This document shows positions 35,760 through 64,000 of a stretch of DNA of 64,000 nucleotides, one piece after another. A program made the position numbers and the translations under genes. The DNA lies in assembly GCF_009914755.1 (NCBI RefSeq), contig NC_060933.1; one strand, written 5' to 3'. Position 1 is the stretch's first letter, and every line of letters starts with the position of its first letter. Origin of the DNA: the human T2T-CHM13v2.0 reference genome, Homo sapiens. The notes below the pieces were generated by a model. That model worked only from the letters and a program-made list of their open reading frames with translations, was not told the DNA's origin and ran no database searches.

Positions 35760-36500
35760 TTTATTGTGATAAGCTATACATCACACAAAATTGATCATTG
35801 TAGTCATTTGAAGTGTACAGTTCAGTGGCATTGAGTCCATTCACACTGTTGTGCAGCCATCACCACCATCCATCTCCAGAACTCTTTTCATCTTTCATCT
35901 TAAAACACAGAAGCTCTGTCCCCATTAAGCACTGACTCCCCACTCCCCTTCCCCCAGCCCCTGGCAACCTCCATTCTACACTCTGTCTCTGTGGATTTGA
36001 CTGTTCTAGGGACCTCAAGTAAGTGGAATCGTACTGTATTTGTCTTTTGTGGCTGGCTGATTTCATTTAGCATGATATCCTCGAGGTCCATCCATGCTGT
36101 AGCGGGCGCCGGCATTTCCTTCCTCTCTAAGGCTGAATAATGCTCAGTTACAGGATGGACCACATTTCGTGTATCCATTCGTGCACCCATGGACACTTCG
36201 GTTGCTTCCACATTTTAGCTGTTCTGAGTAACGCTGCCGTGCGCACAGGTGTATATGCATCTTCTTGAGCCCCTGCTTTCAGTTATTTTGGTTGTATACT
36301 CGGAATCGAGCTGCTGGATCACAAGGTAATTTTGTGTTGACTTGTTTGAGGACCTGTCCTACTGTTGCCCACAGCGGCTGCGTGATTTTACATTCCCCCA
36401 GCAATGCCCAAGGGCTCCCATATATCCACATCTTCACCAACACTCATTATCTGGTTTTTCAATCAGAGCCATCCTAATGGGTATGAGGTGGTATCTCTTG
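35760..36500 (-). mobile_element. L1MB-like 3' fragment
   Basis: AAGTGTACAGTTCAGTGGCATT, CCCCCAGCCCCTGGCAACC, AAGTGGAATC...TTTTGTGGCTGGCT..TTTCATTTAGCAT. Confidence 0.8.
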
Positions 36501-36600
36501 TGGTTTTGGGTATTTTTTGTTTGTTTTTTGTTTCGTTTTGGGGGTTTTAGTTTGTTTGTTTTCTGAGACAGAGTCTCGCTCTGTCACCAGGCTGGAGTAA

Positions 36601-36893
<293 letters not shown>

Positions 36894-37571
36894 TGAGCCT
36901 CTCCCTTAAACCCTCTCCCAGGAAGAGCCTCTGCCGCAGCTTGGGTCACGTGCCCCTGGATTTTTCCCCGTGCGAATGCTAATGTGTGATGTGTTTCTCA
37001 GGCTGTGTTTTGCCCGGTTTGGCCTCACTCTCACAGCTGTGGCCCTCCCACCTGGAATCCTGATCTGGACCCTCCATGTCCCTCGCACCAGCATGAGGGG
37101 TTCAGATGCTCCAGATAATCTGTTCTGGCAGCTCTCCCATCCCCTGCCCTCTGGCTCTTGCTCTCAGGGACAATTTAGGTGACAGCCTCTCCACGAGGCT
37201 TGTCTAGCCTGTTCCTAACTGAGGGGTATTTAGGCTGATCCCAAATCTTCGCTCAGATACCCTCCTGTGGGAAACCGCACATGCTACCTCCTCGGAAGTA
37301 GAGGGGTTCCCTCCCCAGCCTCCTTTCTCAGCATCTCAGTGGGCCTCAGTGCAACAGTCAGTCCCTCAGGGGGGCCTTTGGCCACCCCCAGGCCAGGTCA
37401 GGGCCCCTTAATACACTGCCCTGGCAGCTGTCCACACAGCGGATGCAAGAGAAATGCAATAGTTTGTGGTGCCAGTAGGCAGGGTCTGGATCAGCATTGC
37501 CCACCAGCACAGCTAGTGATTTCATGTCCCTGGGACCTGCTCCTAGCAGGACCTGGTGCTCAGCAGAGTGA

Positions 37572-37961
<390 letters not shown>

Positions 37962-40304
37962 TAGCCTGTAAAAATAACTTTTTAAAAATGTGCACAAATA
38001 ATGCGTGCTTGTGGCAAGAAAGATTTTAAAGTGCAGAATTACAAGAAGTCAGTAAAAATCACCCCTAATCCTCTTGCCCAGCAAGAAGCATTGTTAGCAT
38101 TTAGAGCAGTAGCTTCTAGATTTTTTTCTCTGTATATAAGCACGTTTGCTTACATACATATCTTATTTTATGAAGATGGCATCCTACTGGAAATCCTATT
38201 TTATAAGTGGCCTTTTCCACTTAACATACCCCATGGCTTTCTGATATAGTCGGGCTATAAATATACATGGGCCTTATCATCTGCAGTGGCCACAGCATGC
38301 TCTGGTGTCTAGATTAGGCCACAGTTTGTCCTGTCTGTCTCTTGAAGGGCGCTGGGTCGTTTCACGTTTTTCGATGTTATAAACAATGCTGCAGTGAACA
38401 TCCCGGGCCATGAATCATGGCCCACATCCCTAACGATTTCCCAAGGAGATATTCCTGCAAGGGGAAGAGCTGAGTCCAAGGGAGACACGTGGAGGAGAGT
38501 TCTGATTCCGAAGCCAAATGCCCTTCGGGAAGTTCAGACCGATTTACACACTCCCTGGGCAGTATATGGCTGGCTCCCAACCTTCCGGAAGCCAGAATGG
38601 GGGATGAGAAGCAGGATTGACTTCCCAGCCCAGGAGCACTGGGACCCCTCCTCCCAACCCAGCCGGAGAGAGACATCTGCCCACAAACCCAGCCCTTCGC
38701 AGCCTGCAGGGCATCCCAGAAGCCCCGTCCTTGTTCCTTGCTTTAGAACAGCTGAGCCCACAGCCTTCACCTCCCACCCCTACCCCACTAGCCCCAACTC
38801 CCCAAAGACCCTGCCCTGCTCTGAGCTGGTCCCACAGAGTGCGTCCTCAGGGGGAAAGCAGCCCAAAGCCACAAAGGGCCACACTAGGTCACCCCAGCTG
38901 CCCCTCTTCCCGCAGTGCACATAGCTGCTGGCAGACAAGTGATGTTCTAATTTTCAGAGGCCTCAGGAGGAGATGATTCCAAATCTTCCAGGATGGCAGC
39001 AGCTCTTCTCCAAGAAAGCCCTGGCTCCTGCCTGGCCTCTGGGAGCCTCCAGCACTCTGGTTCCCTGGCCACCACCAACCCCGAGGGACCTGGGCTAGGG
39101 GAGAAGGGTGGGCCTCGAGGTGGGTTCTTGTTGCCCTCTGAGGGCCGGGAAGCCTCCAGGACAGCAGGGCCCCGGGGACAGCTGTGCTTCCTGCATGGGG
39201 GGTTCAGACATTCAGGCCCCAACCCTGTGCAAAGAGCGGAAAGTGGAGCTGGTTGGGACGGAAGAGCGTGAGGGGTGGTGGACAAGCCCTGGTGTCCTCT
39301 GACATGGTCCCGGGGGTCCATTACCAAGTGTCTGCTATACACAAGCATCACAGCAGGCCCCTTGGCATCCCAGCGTATCCATGGCAGGGAGCTCTGGGGG
39401 ATAGACACACCGAGGTTTTGCTGTCCACAAGTGGCCGACCTTGAAGCCGGTCTCTTTCTGGAGCCTGAGCGCGCCCTGGGTGATCCTAGTGAGTGGAGGC
39501 TGAGTGACCTCCCTGAAACGTGCACATAGCAGGTCCAGGGCAGTGCAGCTCCCACCAGCTCCCCGGCTCTTGCCCCTGAGCCTCCTGCTGGGCGGACCTT
39601 TCCCCTCACAGGGGTCTCCTTGCCCTCCTTGAGTCAAGAAGGGGATGTAGGTCGGTCGACTGGACAGGGCCATGTGGGCAGAATCAGCCTTGAGTGATGG
39701 CGCCATTTGCTTCTATTTCTGGGCACCAGATGATGCACTCACAGTGTCAGAATCACAGTCACTCAAGGCCTGGCTGCGTTGGAGGAGGGAGAGAGGCCCT
39801 GCAGGGGCAGCAGGAAAGGGCAGAGTGGGGTGGGAGGCCCAGGGGAGACTACGGCTCTGTTGGAGAGCTGCCCTGTGGTCTGAGGGTGGCAGGCGGGCCA
39901 CTGCCTCTTCCATTCACAACCCTCCCGGCCAGACGGCTGCGGCATGGTGAGGGCGAAAAGCCACGCACCCCGTCACACCTGTGATAGAGTAACGCTCTGT
40001 GTCACTATGTGCTTACTGCCCACCGTCCCATTTGGCCATAGGAGACCCTGCCAGCCTCGTTCACAGTGCCAGGCCTGACACACACCTGAAATACCCAAGA
40101 ACCGGCGGTGCCCAAGAAAGGGTGGAAAAGTGAATGAACCAGGCACAGGCTAGGTGGGTCAACCCAGCTGGAGAGCCAGGCTGGGCCCTATGGTCCCCGC
40201 AGGGCCCAGGGAAGAAAGGGGGCAGATACCCCCCGTCATTATGGCCTGAAGAGAGGGAACCAGCCTGAAATAGCCACAGCTTCCCAAAGGCACAGCTGTG
40301 GGGC

Positions 40305-40560
40305 GTCTTAGTCCATTTTGTGCTGCTGTAACAGAATACCACACACTGATTTATAAAGAATAGAAGTGTATTTGGCTCATGGTTCTGGAGGCTGGGAAGT
40401 CCAAGGCTGAGGGGCCGCATCTGGTGAGGGCCTTCTTGCTCCCTGTTGCCTTCTGCATCACGTGCAAGGGAGCACATGCCTGGGAGGGCAGGAGGTGACC
40501 ACACTCACCCTTTCGTCAGGAACCACCCCTGGTACCTGCATTCATTCATTCATAAGGGGA
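40305..40560. mobile_element. MaLR LTR fragment (MST/MLT1A-like)
   Basis: GTCTTAGTCCATTTTGTGCTGCTGTAACAGAATACC...GGTTCTGGAGGCTGGGAAGTCCAAG...GCATCTGGTGAGGGCC. Confidence 0.8.
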
Positions 40561-40688
40561 GAGCCCTCCTGGCCTATCATCTTTTTATTTTATTTTATTT
40601 ATTTAGTCCCAGCTACTCTGTTTCCTACACTGAGTCTGTATGTTTTCATCGGGAAAAGCAATGTTTTGATGCTAGAGATTTGAAAGGA

Positions 40689-47860
<7,172 letters not shown>

Positions 47861-48167
47861 CCCAAAGAAATAAAATGCGTATTATGTCAGGGCATGAGAA
47901 AAGCTGTATGAAAAAATTAAACAAGGTGAGGGGAGACAGCGTGGTGGGGGCTTTTTACAAACAGCGTGGTCAGGGAAGGCTTCTCCGCTAAAGGAAGTAG
48001 CTACAGGAAGGCAGGATGTGCCGGGCAGGGGAGACAGCAAAGGCAACAGCCTGAGAGGGGACCCTGCCTGGGGGTCAGTGTGGCTGAGTGGCCTGAGTGA
48101 GGAGCAGAAAGGGGAGGCGAGGTGGAAATGTGGGGGGCCAGGGCCTGGGCCTGGCTGGTGGCCCTGA

Positions 48168-48563
<396 letters not shown>

Positions 48564-49514
48564 AGCGCCCGCCGGCCCACACAAGCCTCTGGGGGCAGGG
48601 CTGGCCCTAGAGAAGGGGCAGGGGGTGGCGAGGTGGCGGGCGTGGGTGGAACAGAGCGGCCAGGAGTCAGAGCGGCCACCCCCACCTCATCTTCCCCTCC
48701 TGGCTGGAGGCTGGCGAACCCAGGCCACCCCTCCCGGAGACAAGCGTGTTTGGCAGTGCCAGGCCTCTTGCCCCTTTGCTTGGACTCCAAGTCTCCTCTC
48801 TGGGCAGCCAGGACCCACCCATGGGGACAGCCCTATTTAGCTTCTGCTCTGGGAACAGCAAAAATCAGGATGGTGGGAGGGGCCGAGTCTTGTCTTGTCC
48901 TTTCATCATCATGACTGTTGAGTTCTTGGCTGTGCCCATCACGCCACAGCACGACGCCTGCCAAAATGCCCCCAACCTACTGCCTGATGCAGGTGCCATT
49001 GCCATTAGCGGTCATCGACAGCTTAGGGCAGCACTTTCCAACGGGTGCCCATGGGACACCAGCCTGCGAGATGCTTTTGTGGGAAAGGGGTTTTGTGGTT
49101 CAATAACTTTCGGAAGTGCTGCACACTCTGTCCCCAAGTTGGACATTCACAAAGGCCGTTATTGCCGTAAAGGCTCTGACAAGCCCTATAGAAAAGCTTC
49201 TTGCTAAACCTTCTTTAACCCATGTTTTCTAAACTTATTTGACCACAGAACCCTTTTCTTGGGGAACAGCTATTAACCCCCAAGGAATTATTGGTTCCTC
49301 AAGTGCGTTTTGGGAGCTGCTGCCAGAGAGCTAAAGGGCCTGGGGTGTGAGCTGACTCTCCGCTGGGGAGGCCGGGTGCACACGCCACAGCCCGAGGAAA
49401 GTGCTGGCCACCGCCCGTGGGCATCGATGAGGCTTTGGCCCCCAGGGGCCGGACTCCGTGTGACCTAATAGGTCGTTTCCAAGTCACCCGTTTTGGATGT
49501 GCATTTCATGTGAC

Positions 49515-49565
49515 AATACAGATGACATGCAAATGGCCCTCTCCCGTGTGGCTTTTTCCTTATGC
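49515..49565 (+). terminator. PLPP7: Probable PLPP7 polyadenylation site (variant hexamer AATACA plus downstream GU/U-rich element)
   Basis: AATACA at 49515-49520, then GTGTGGCTTTTTCCTTATG at about 49546-49564; no AATAAA seen between the stop and this point. Confidence 0.6.
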
Positions 49566-50379
49566 AATTCAATTGCTCTGGATGCATTCACCTTATTAAC
49601 ATGGAACGGGCGGAGGGGTGGGGTAATTCTTCGGCCCTAGACAGTGCCATGATGCCAGGGATCGGGGGCTCTGGGCACAGCTGGCCTGCTCCTGGACTTT
49701 ACCAGGCTGGCCAGTCCCTTTGCCCTGGGGTGGCTGCCTGGTACTCCCTCAGCCCCCAGGCCCTGTGCTGGCTGCTACCTGGGGCCTGGGCAGGGACCGT
49801 TTGAGAGGCCCTCACTGTGATGCTGATGGACCAGAGACCCTCTCTCACTTCAGCCTCAGGCCTTCCCAAGCCCTCCGCCCCGACTCCTGGCTAACCTGAT
49901 CCTCGTCCGCCAGGAAGTAGGCAAGTGACCAGTGAAACACAGCCAAGCCTAAGAGAGCTGCTGCGAGGGATGTGCAGGGCAGTGAGGGCTCAGAGAAAAG
50001 GCCCTGGAGCCCAGCCTTGGGGCATCAGCGCATAGGTCCCAGAAGGGGGAAGTCTGAGCCCAGATGGAGGGAATGGGTGGAGGGAGCCAGGAAGGAGGGG
50101 AAGAATGTTCTAGGCAGAGGGAGGAAAGGGGTGAGGGCCAGGAGGCAAGAGCCCCCAGGTCCTATCACAGATCGGCAGGAGGCTTGGGGACACCCGGAGC
50201 TCCCCGAACCACACTTTGAGTGTGAGCGCTCGTCTGCAGCTCTCAATAGCCCTCTGATGTGAGGTGATCGACATGCCCATTCCATAGATGGGAAAATTGA
50301 GGCCTGAGACTTGCCCAAGGTTGCCCAGCCAGGAGGCAGCACAGTGAGGTGGGAGCCAGTTTGCCTGGTTCTCGGCCGC

Positions 50380-50955
<576 letters not shown>

Positions 50956-51817
50956 CCACAGGACACTTTTGGGGGAGGAACACATCTTCCCCTCCTAGCT
51001 GGGTGGTCTCTGGAGTCTTTAGGATAAGGAAGGGTTGCTGAAGGATGGAGGGCTCTGGGCAAATCCTCTAAAGCTTGGAGGGGACGGTGGAGCCCCAAGA
51101 GCACCTGGCGCACCGTGAAGGGGAGAGGCTCCCAGAAGGCAGTCGGCGTGCTGCCTGGGAGCCACATCCTGTGTGATGGCAGCGGCAGCCGGTGCTGGCT
51201 CAGGACAATGCCAGCACTTCCTGCCGGTGCTGACGTCCCGTCCCAGAGCGTTGGTGTCGTTGTCTGTCAAACGGGGATGACAGGGGCCCCGTGGGGTTGA
51301 TGTGTGACTCGGGGTGCCCTCCACCTGCAAACCTGACACATCACAGGTCATGCTCAGTGTTGGTCACAGGGCTCCTGGCGTTGTTGCCCCTGGTGGCAAG
51401 GAAGGAACTGGGACACGATGTGCTGACATGGCCGTTAGCACAAAGCAGACCCGGGATCTGACTCTTCCAGGCTTTCCCTGGACTTCATCACTCTCAGACA
51501 CCGACGTGTCTCTAGAACCATCACTCTGCATCCCCTTTCCATGAAGACCCAAGGGCCATGGGAGGAGCTGCCAACCTCAGATCCCAGATGACAGGGAAGA
51601 GGCTGTGACTCCTTCAGGACTTGCCATCCTGCCTTGTTGCTGGACAGAGCCTGGGTGGGGAGGTCGATGCCATTTTGCATTGGTTGACAGCTTCCAGTGC
51701 CCATCATGGAACAAGAGAGATGGTGTGTACCTGCTCAGGCATGGGTAATGCACTTTGTTGAGTAAAGCCAATAACTGTTTTGTTTTGTTTTTGTTTTTTC
51801 AAGAGTTGAGGTCTCTT

Positions 51818-52703
<886 letters not shown>

Positions 52704-54021
52704 TGATTGACATGCCCATTCCATTTTTTTATGGTGAATTATACATGATTTTTGAATGGCAGCCGCTTCTGCATATCTGAGACACACCCCACGTGGCCCT
52801 GGCGCATTTCCCTTCTAAATATGGCTGGGTTGGATTGAACAACGAATGTGTTCTGGATTCTGGCATCAATGTCCATGAGGGATGCTGGTGTCTGTTTCTT
52901 GATTTGGTTACCAGGGGCAGGCTGGCCTCTTCTACACTTCTGAAAGAATCTGTGTAAAATTGGTATCATCTCCTTCTCCAGCCCTCAGATCCCAGATCTC
53001 TGCTCTCCCTCTAGTTCCAGCCTCTTGCAAAGCACCCTCTTCTTAGAATTGACATTCTGTTCTCAGCCATGATTTGAGGGGAGGAGTGAAGAGCGGGGCT
53101 CACACCTCCCACGGGCCTGGCCATACGTCTTCCATATGTGTCATTGTGATGACCTTATCCCTATTTTACAGATGAGGAAACTGAGGCTCAGAGAGGGAAA
53201 CCCATTTCCCTAAGGTTGCCCAGCTTGGATGTGGTGGAGCCAGGATCAGAAACCAGGCCTGAGTGGCCCCAGCGCAGAGAAGCCCTCCGGAAGACAGAAA
53301 CGCAGGGCACCCGCCAACCTCGGAATGAGGCTGAACTGGCGAAGCGACAGGCACAGGGAGGCGGGATGGGGGTGACTTGTTTTTCTATTTTTTAAACAGA
53401 ACCAAACCCCACCGCGCCAGGCGGCTGCCTGTGCTGCCTCCGGCAGTCTTTGGCCAGACTCTGTGGGCCTCACCCTGGGCTGCAAGTTGGGTGTGGCAGG
53501 AATGGGGCCTGCTCCGTCCTTACGTGACCCCGAGAGGTCTATACAAAGGTGACACCTCCTCCACCCCTGCTTGTTCCCACCCACACCCTCTCCTGTCATC
53601 AGACAGACCCAGCCCTATGGATTCCGGCCTTCTCTGCACCAGCTGGGATCCCTGGAGCCTGGCGCTAACCCTGATTTTGCCCCATGCCCTTCCACCACCT
53701 GGTTTCTTCCTTCCCACCCCACCCACCCGGCATCACCTCCTCGCCACCCCAGCTGTCATGGCCAACATAACCACTTCCCAGAATACAGAAGAACGGGAGC
53801 CTGGAGACAGCCTGCAGGGATCATGACTATGGAAAATGGAAAGGGTGGTTTTCAATGTGTCATTTCGCCCCCAAGCAAGAGCCGTGAAGGTCTAAGGAGC
53901 GTGGCAAACTGCGGAAATGCATGGCTTGTCCTCAGTTCTGATCTGGCCAAGGAGTCTGGGTCTGGAGGGTGGACACCCGCAGCACAGCGTGTTGAGCAGG
54001 GTCTGTCAGGGGGGGTCTCTT

Positions 54022-55454
<1,433 letters not shown>

Positions 55455-56494
55455 TAGGCTGAGGGGGCCAGGCTGGAGCTGGGCTGGGCTGGGTCGTGTG
55501 AGGGAAAGAGCACATAAATGGGAGTCGGGCAGACCTGGGTTCAGATTCCGGCCCTGACAGGTTGCTGACCCTTCTGAGCTTCAGCTTCTCCGTCTGTGAA
55601 ATGGGGCTGATACTTGGCTTGCACAGTTGTGAGGGCTGGAGACAGGGCAATGGGACCACCCAGCCCGGCGCAGAGGGTTGCTGGAGAATGAGCCTCTTAG
55701 GCCACTGCCCCCTGGAAAGGACCCTGAGCGTTCCCTGGGCATTTAGGGACACTCTGGGGCTTGGACAGGTGGGCAGCAGGAGGGACTTGGAGAACCTCCA
55801 GGCAGGCAGCTCACCCATGTCATGATGGCACCTGTCCCCTGGCCACGGTTTGCCTGGGTACCTGGGTGTTTGGTGGCAGGGACAGGGTGGAGGTGTGTGG
55901 AGGAATCTCCGTTCCTGCCCCTGTGAGCCTGGCTTTTCTGGGAAGCTCTCATAAGAGTGTCCAAGGTATAAGCACCTCTCAGGGGTGGCGAGGGTGTTGC
56001 GTTGCCTCCTTCTACAGACGCAAATGCCACCTAATCACACAGCTCCCTCTGCAAACCCGCTCCCATCTCCATAGCAACTACAGGGCTTCGGCGCTCTTGG
56101 GCTCCTGGTCACTGTGGTTCAACTCCTAAGAGAGGGAGGGACCCCGGGTTTGTCCCCATCCAGCTCCAGGAAAGAGACGTTGGCTCGAGGAATCCGTCTC
56201 AAGGTCAAAGAGGGCGAGGTGAGGGCAGGGCGGGGACAGGCAGGCTGCAAACAGATCCGCTCTCTGCTGCTCTGGTCAGGAGGATTCTGGGAAGAGAGGA
56301 CGGAGGGACAGAGATGCAGCTCTGGGTGGGAGGGCCACAGAGCTCAGCGTCCACTCATCCTGTGTGCGGCTCCCACCCGCCCCATCCAGAAAGTCTCAGG
56401 GAGGCAGCGGCACAAGGGCTGGCTCTGGGCAGTTTCCTCATCTGTAAGATGCGTCGATGCTCTGCGCCAGCGTATGGAGAGGCAGCCGCTGCAG

Positions 56495-57681
<1,187 letters not shown>

Positions 57682-57707
57682 TAGCACCTGCCACCATGCC
57701 CAGCTAA

Positions 57708-57884
<177 letters not shown>

Positions 57885-59689
57885 TAGGGAACTTCTCCAT
57901 ACTGTTTGCTAATCTGCTCTTCCACATGCTAAGATGTCATGGACCTCTCTCCCTGTAGTTTCCATCCTCACCTATAGTATTCCCTTGCACTGAGCCCTGA
58001 TCACCTTCCTAACCAGTATCTGATGGGTGGATGGCCCCCAAACCCACATGGCTGGAAATGCAGGGAGTAAAGCTCTGTGACCCACACCGTGAGGTGGGGC
58101 CCTACCTGCCTCCTCGAGGGGGCTGTGTGCCCAGGGCTCTCCCTTGCTTTTCCATTAGCCTTCTCAAAGCTTTTCACGGCGCCCAAATGCAGTGGCTCAC
58201 ACCTATAATCCTAGCACTTTAGGGGGCCAAGGTGGGAGGATCACTTGAGCCCAGGAGTTTGAGAACATAGTGAGACCTCATCTCTACTAAAAACCAAACC
58301 CCCAGCCAAACCTGGGGACAGATCCACAGTGCAGAGACTGCCCCGGGGCATGGCCTACATTATGCCACTGGCCTGGCTGCTCTGCTTCTGGGCCCTATAG
58401 GAAGAGCACTGTGCGAGGAGTCCACCCTAGAGGAGATGCATTGGCACAGACCCCATCATGGCTTCCTGAGGCCCTGCCCAAAGGAAGCAGCTTCCCAGGC
58501 CAAGGCAATTCTCACCAGGACAAAGCTCCCCGAGTCCCCAGCCCTTCCCTGCCTGGGGAAAATCCGGGAGGGTCAGGGAAGGGGATGGCAGGAGCTAGAA
58601 AAATCCACCAACTCCCACATCCGCCGCCATCTGGCTCCAGGAAGAAACAGAACATCTGGCACCAGCTTTGGCCCATGGCGTTTATGTAAGCCATATGTGA
58701 CCCCACGTGGCCCAGGCGGCCCCTCACAGGCTGGTGCCCTGGCCTCGTCCCACCTGACTTTTCCTCACGTGTGAAATAAGCGTGATAATCACGGGGCAGT
58801 CAGGGGGCGAGATGATGCTCAGAAAGCCCTGCTGCTCCCCTGAGCCCGAGCGCACAATCACTCACACACGCAGTCTCAGCCGCTGGCCTCCGTCTCCTCA
58901 TATGTAAAATTATGTACGTGAGATCTCCAAGCATCCCTCCAGCTACAACAGTCCTTCAATAGTCCCTCCGTACATATCCACAGGTATTTCCATATCTAAA
59001 CTTCATGCATGCATACACGTAGATGCAAACATGAGAACACATGTGTCCATATTTGCACACAGTCACATTTATACATGCACCTAGATATAAAATGCACCTT
59101 TCGCCATGGGCCAAAAGCCAGGGCCAGTTGTCCCATTTCTTCCTGGAGACAGATGGCAGTAGGTCTGGGAGTTCCTGGGTTTTTCTAGCTCCTGCCATTC
59201 CCTTCCCTGACCCTCCTGGTACACACACATCCATGTGTTCTGGTACACACACATCCATGTGTATATGTACACGCTTAGCTTTACCTACATTCACGCACAA
59301 ATACTTTTTTTTTGAGACAGGTTCTTGCTCTGTCACCCAGCCTGTAGTGCAGTGGTGCAGATCTTGGCTCACTGCAACCTCCGCCTCCCAGGTTCAAGTG
59401 ATTCTCATGCCTCAGCCTCCCAAGTAGCTGGGATTACAGGCATGCGCCACCACACCCAGCTAATTTTTGTATTTTTAGTAGAGACGGGGTTTCACCATGT
59501 TGGCCAGGCTGGTCTCGAACTCCTGACCTCAGCTGATCTGCCTGCCTCAGCCTCCTAAAGTGCTGGGATTACAGGCGTGGGCCACTGCGGCCGGCCGTGC
59601 ACAGATGCTTACACATATGTGTGTTCTTGCACTGCTGTACACACTCACATGCCTGCATGTTCTCTTGAATGCACAAATTTACATGTATT

Positions 59690-59806
59690 CTGCCAGATTT
59701 AGCAAATCAATATGCAGGATGCATTATTTGGGACATATGTATACTAAAATACTATTTATCTGAAATTCAGTTTCACGGAGTGTCCTATATTTTATCCAAC
59801 AATCTA
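59690..59806. mobile_element. MER53-like hAT MITE (internally deleted)
   Basis: TGCCAGATTTAGCAAAT...ATTTGGGACAT..TATACTAAAA...TTTATCTGAAATTCA...GTCCTATATTTTATC. Confidence 0.7.
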
Positions 59807-60068
59807 ACATGGATGTATAACATGCTCACACACGAAAACTCATGAAGCCATCAGGGTCCCCGGGGCCCAGCCCAGGACATGCTGTTTTGCCAGAAGAATG
59901 TCCAAGCCCTTCTCTTTGTCTGATAATTAAATCCACAGATGCTCTCCTGGCCGCAGCGCAGCCCCGGGGCCCCATTTGCCTCATTTAATAACCTGGCCCT
60001 TGGTGGGGAGGGGCCAGCTTCCAACAGGAGAGCCTTGGTTTGCTGGGATGCGAACAAAGTTTCTGTCA

Positions 60069-62458
<2,390 letters not shown>

Positions 62459-62462
62459 TAGG

Positions 62463-62542
62463 TTAGGTTGGTGCAAAAGTAATTGCAGGTTTTGCCATTA
62501 CTTTCAGTGGCTAAAATTGCAAATACTTTTGCACTAACATGA
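62463..62542. mobile_element. MADE1 (Hsmar1-derived 80-bp palindromic MITE)
   Basis: TTAGGTTGGTGCAAAAGTAATTGC...GCAAATACTTTTGCACTAAC: mariner terminal inverted repeats with a short spacer. Confidence 0.88.
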
Positions 62543-62554
62543 TACAATAAACTA

Positions 62555-64000
<1,446 letters not shown>

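Overview
Human (primate) genomic DNA, GC-rich and very Alu-dense, recognisable as the FAM78A-PLPP7 locus (9q34 from recall, not from a search). Two divergently oriented two-coding-exon genes are present. FAM78A is on the - strand: CDS 16461-16139 joined to 1630-1102 gives 283 aa, and its 3' UTR runs off the window start. PLPP7 (PPAPDC3/NET39) is on the + strand: CDS 30280-30730 joined to 48199-48563 gives 271 aa, a PAP2-family membrane protein with degenerate catalytic motifs. Also present are two CpG islands, a compact MEF2/E-box/CCAAT/CRE promoter upstream of PLPP7, dozens of Alus, L1M fragments, MaLR LTRs, MER20, MER53 and MADE1. No tRNA, rRNA or CRISPR feature is supported. I see no clear new multi-gene system. 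The strongest leads are: (1) a hidden strong-Kozak second start in FAM78A exposing a Src-family-like MGCxxS dual-acylation motif; (2) four short non-Alu local duplications, two of them inverted; (3) a triple-nested Alu with a young AluYa5 core; (4) a fold-back Alu hairpin at a near-palindromic target that appears three times; (5) a possible intron-terminated PLPP7 isoform. Repeat boundaries and subfamily names were assigned by eye and are approximate.
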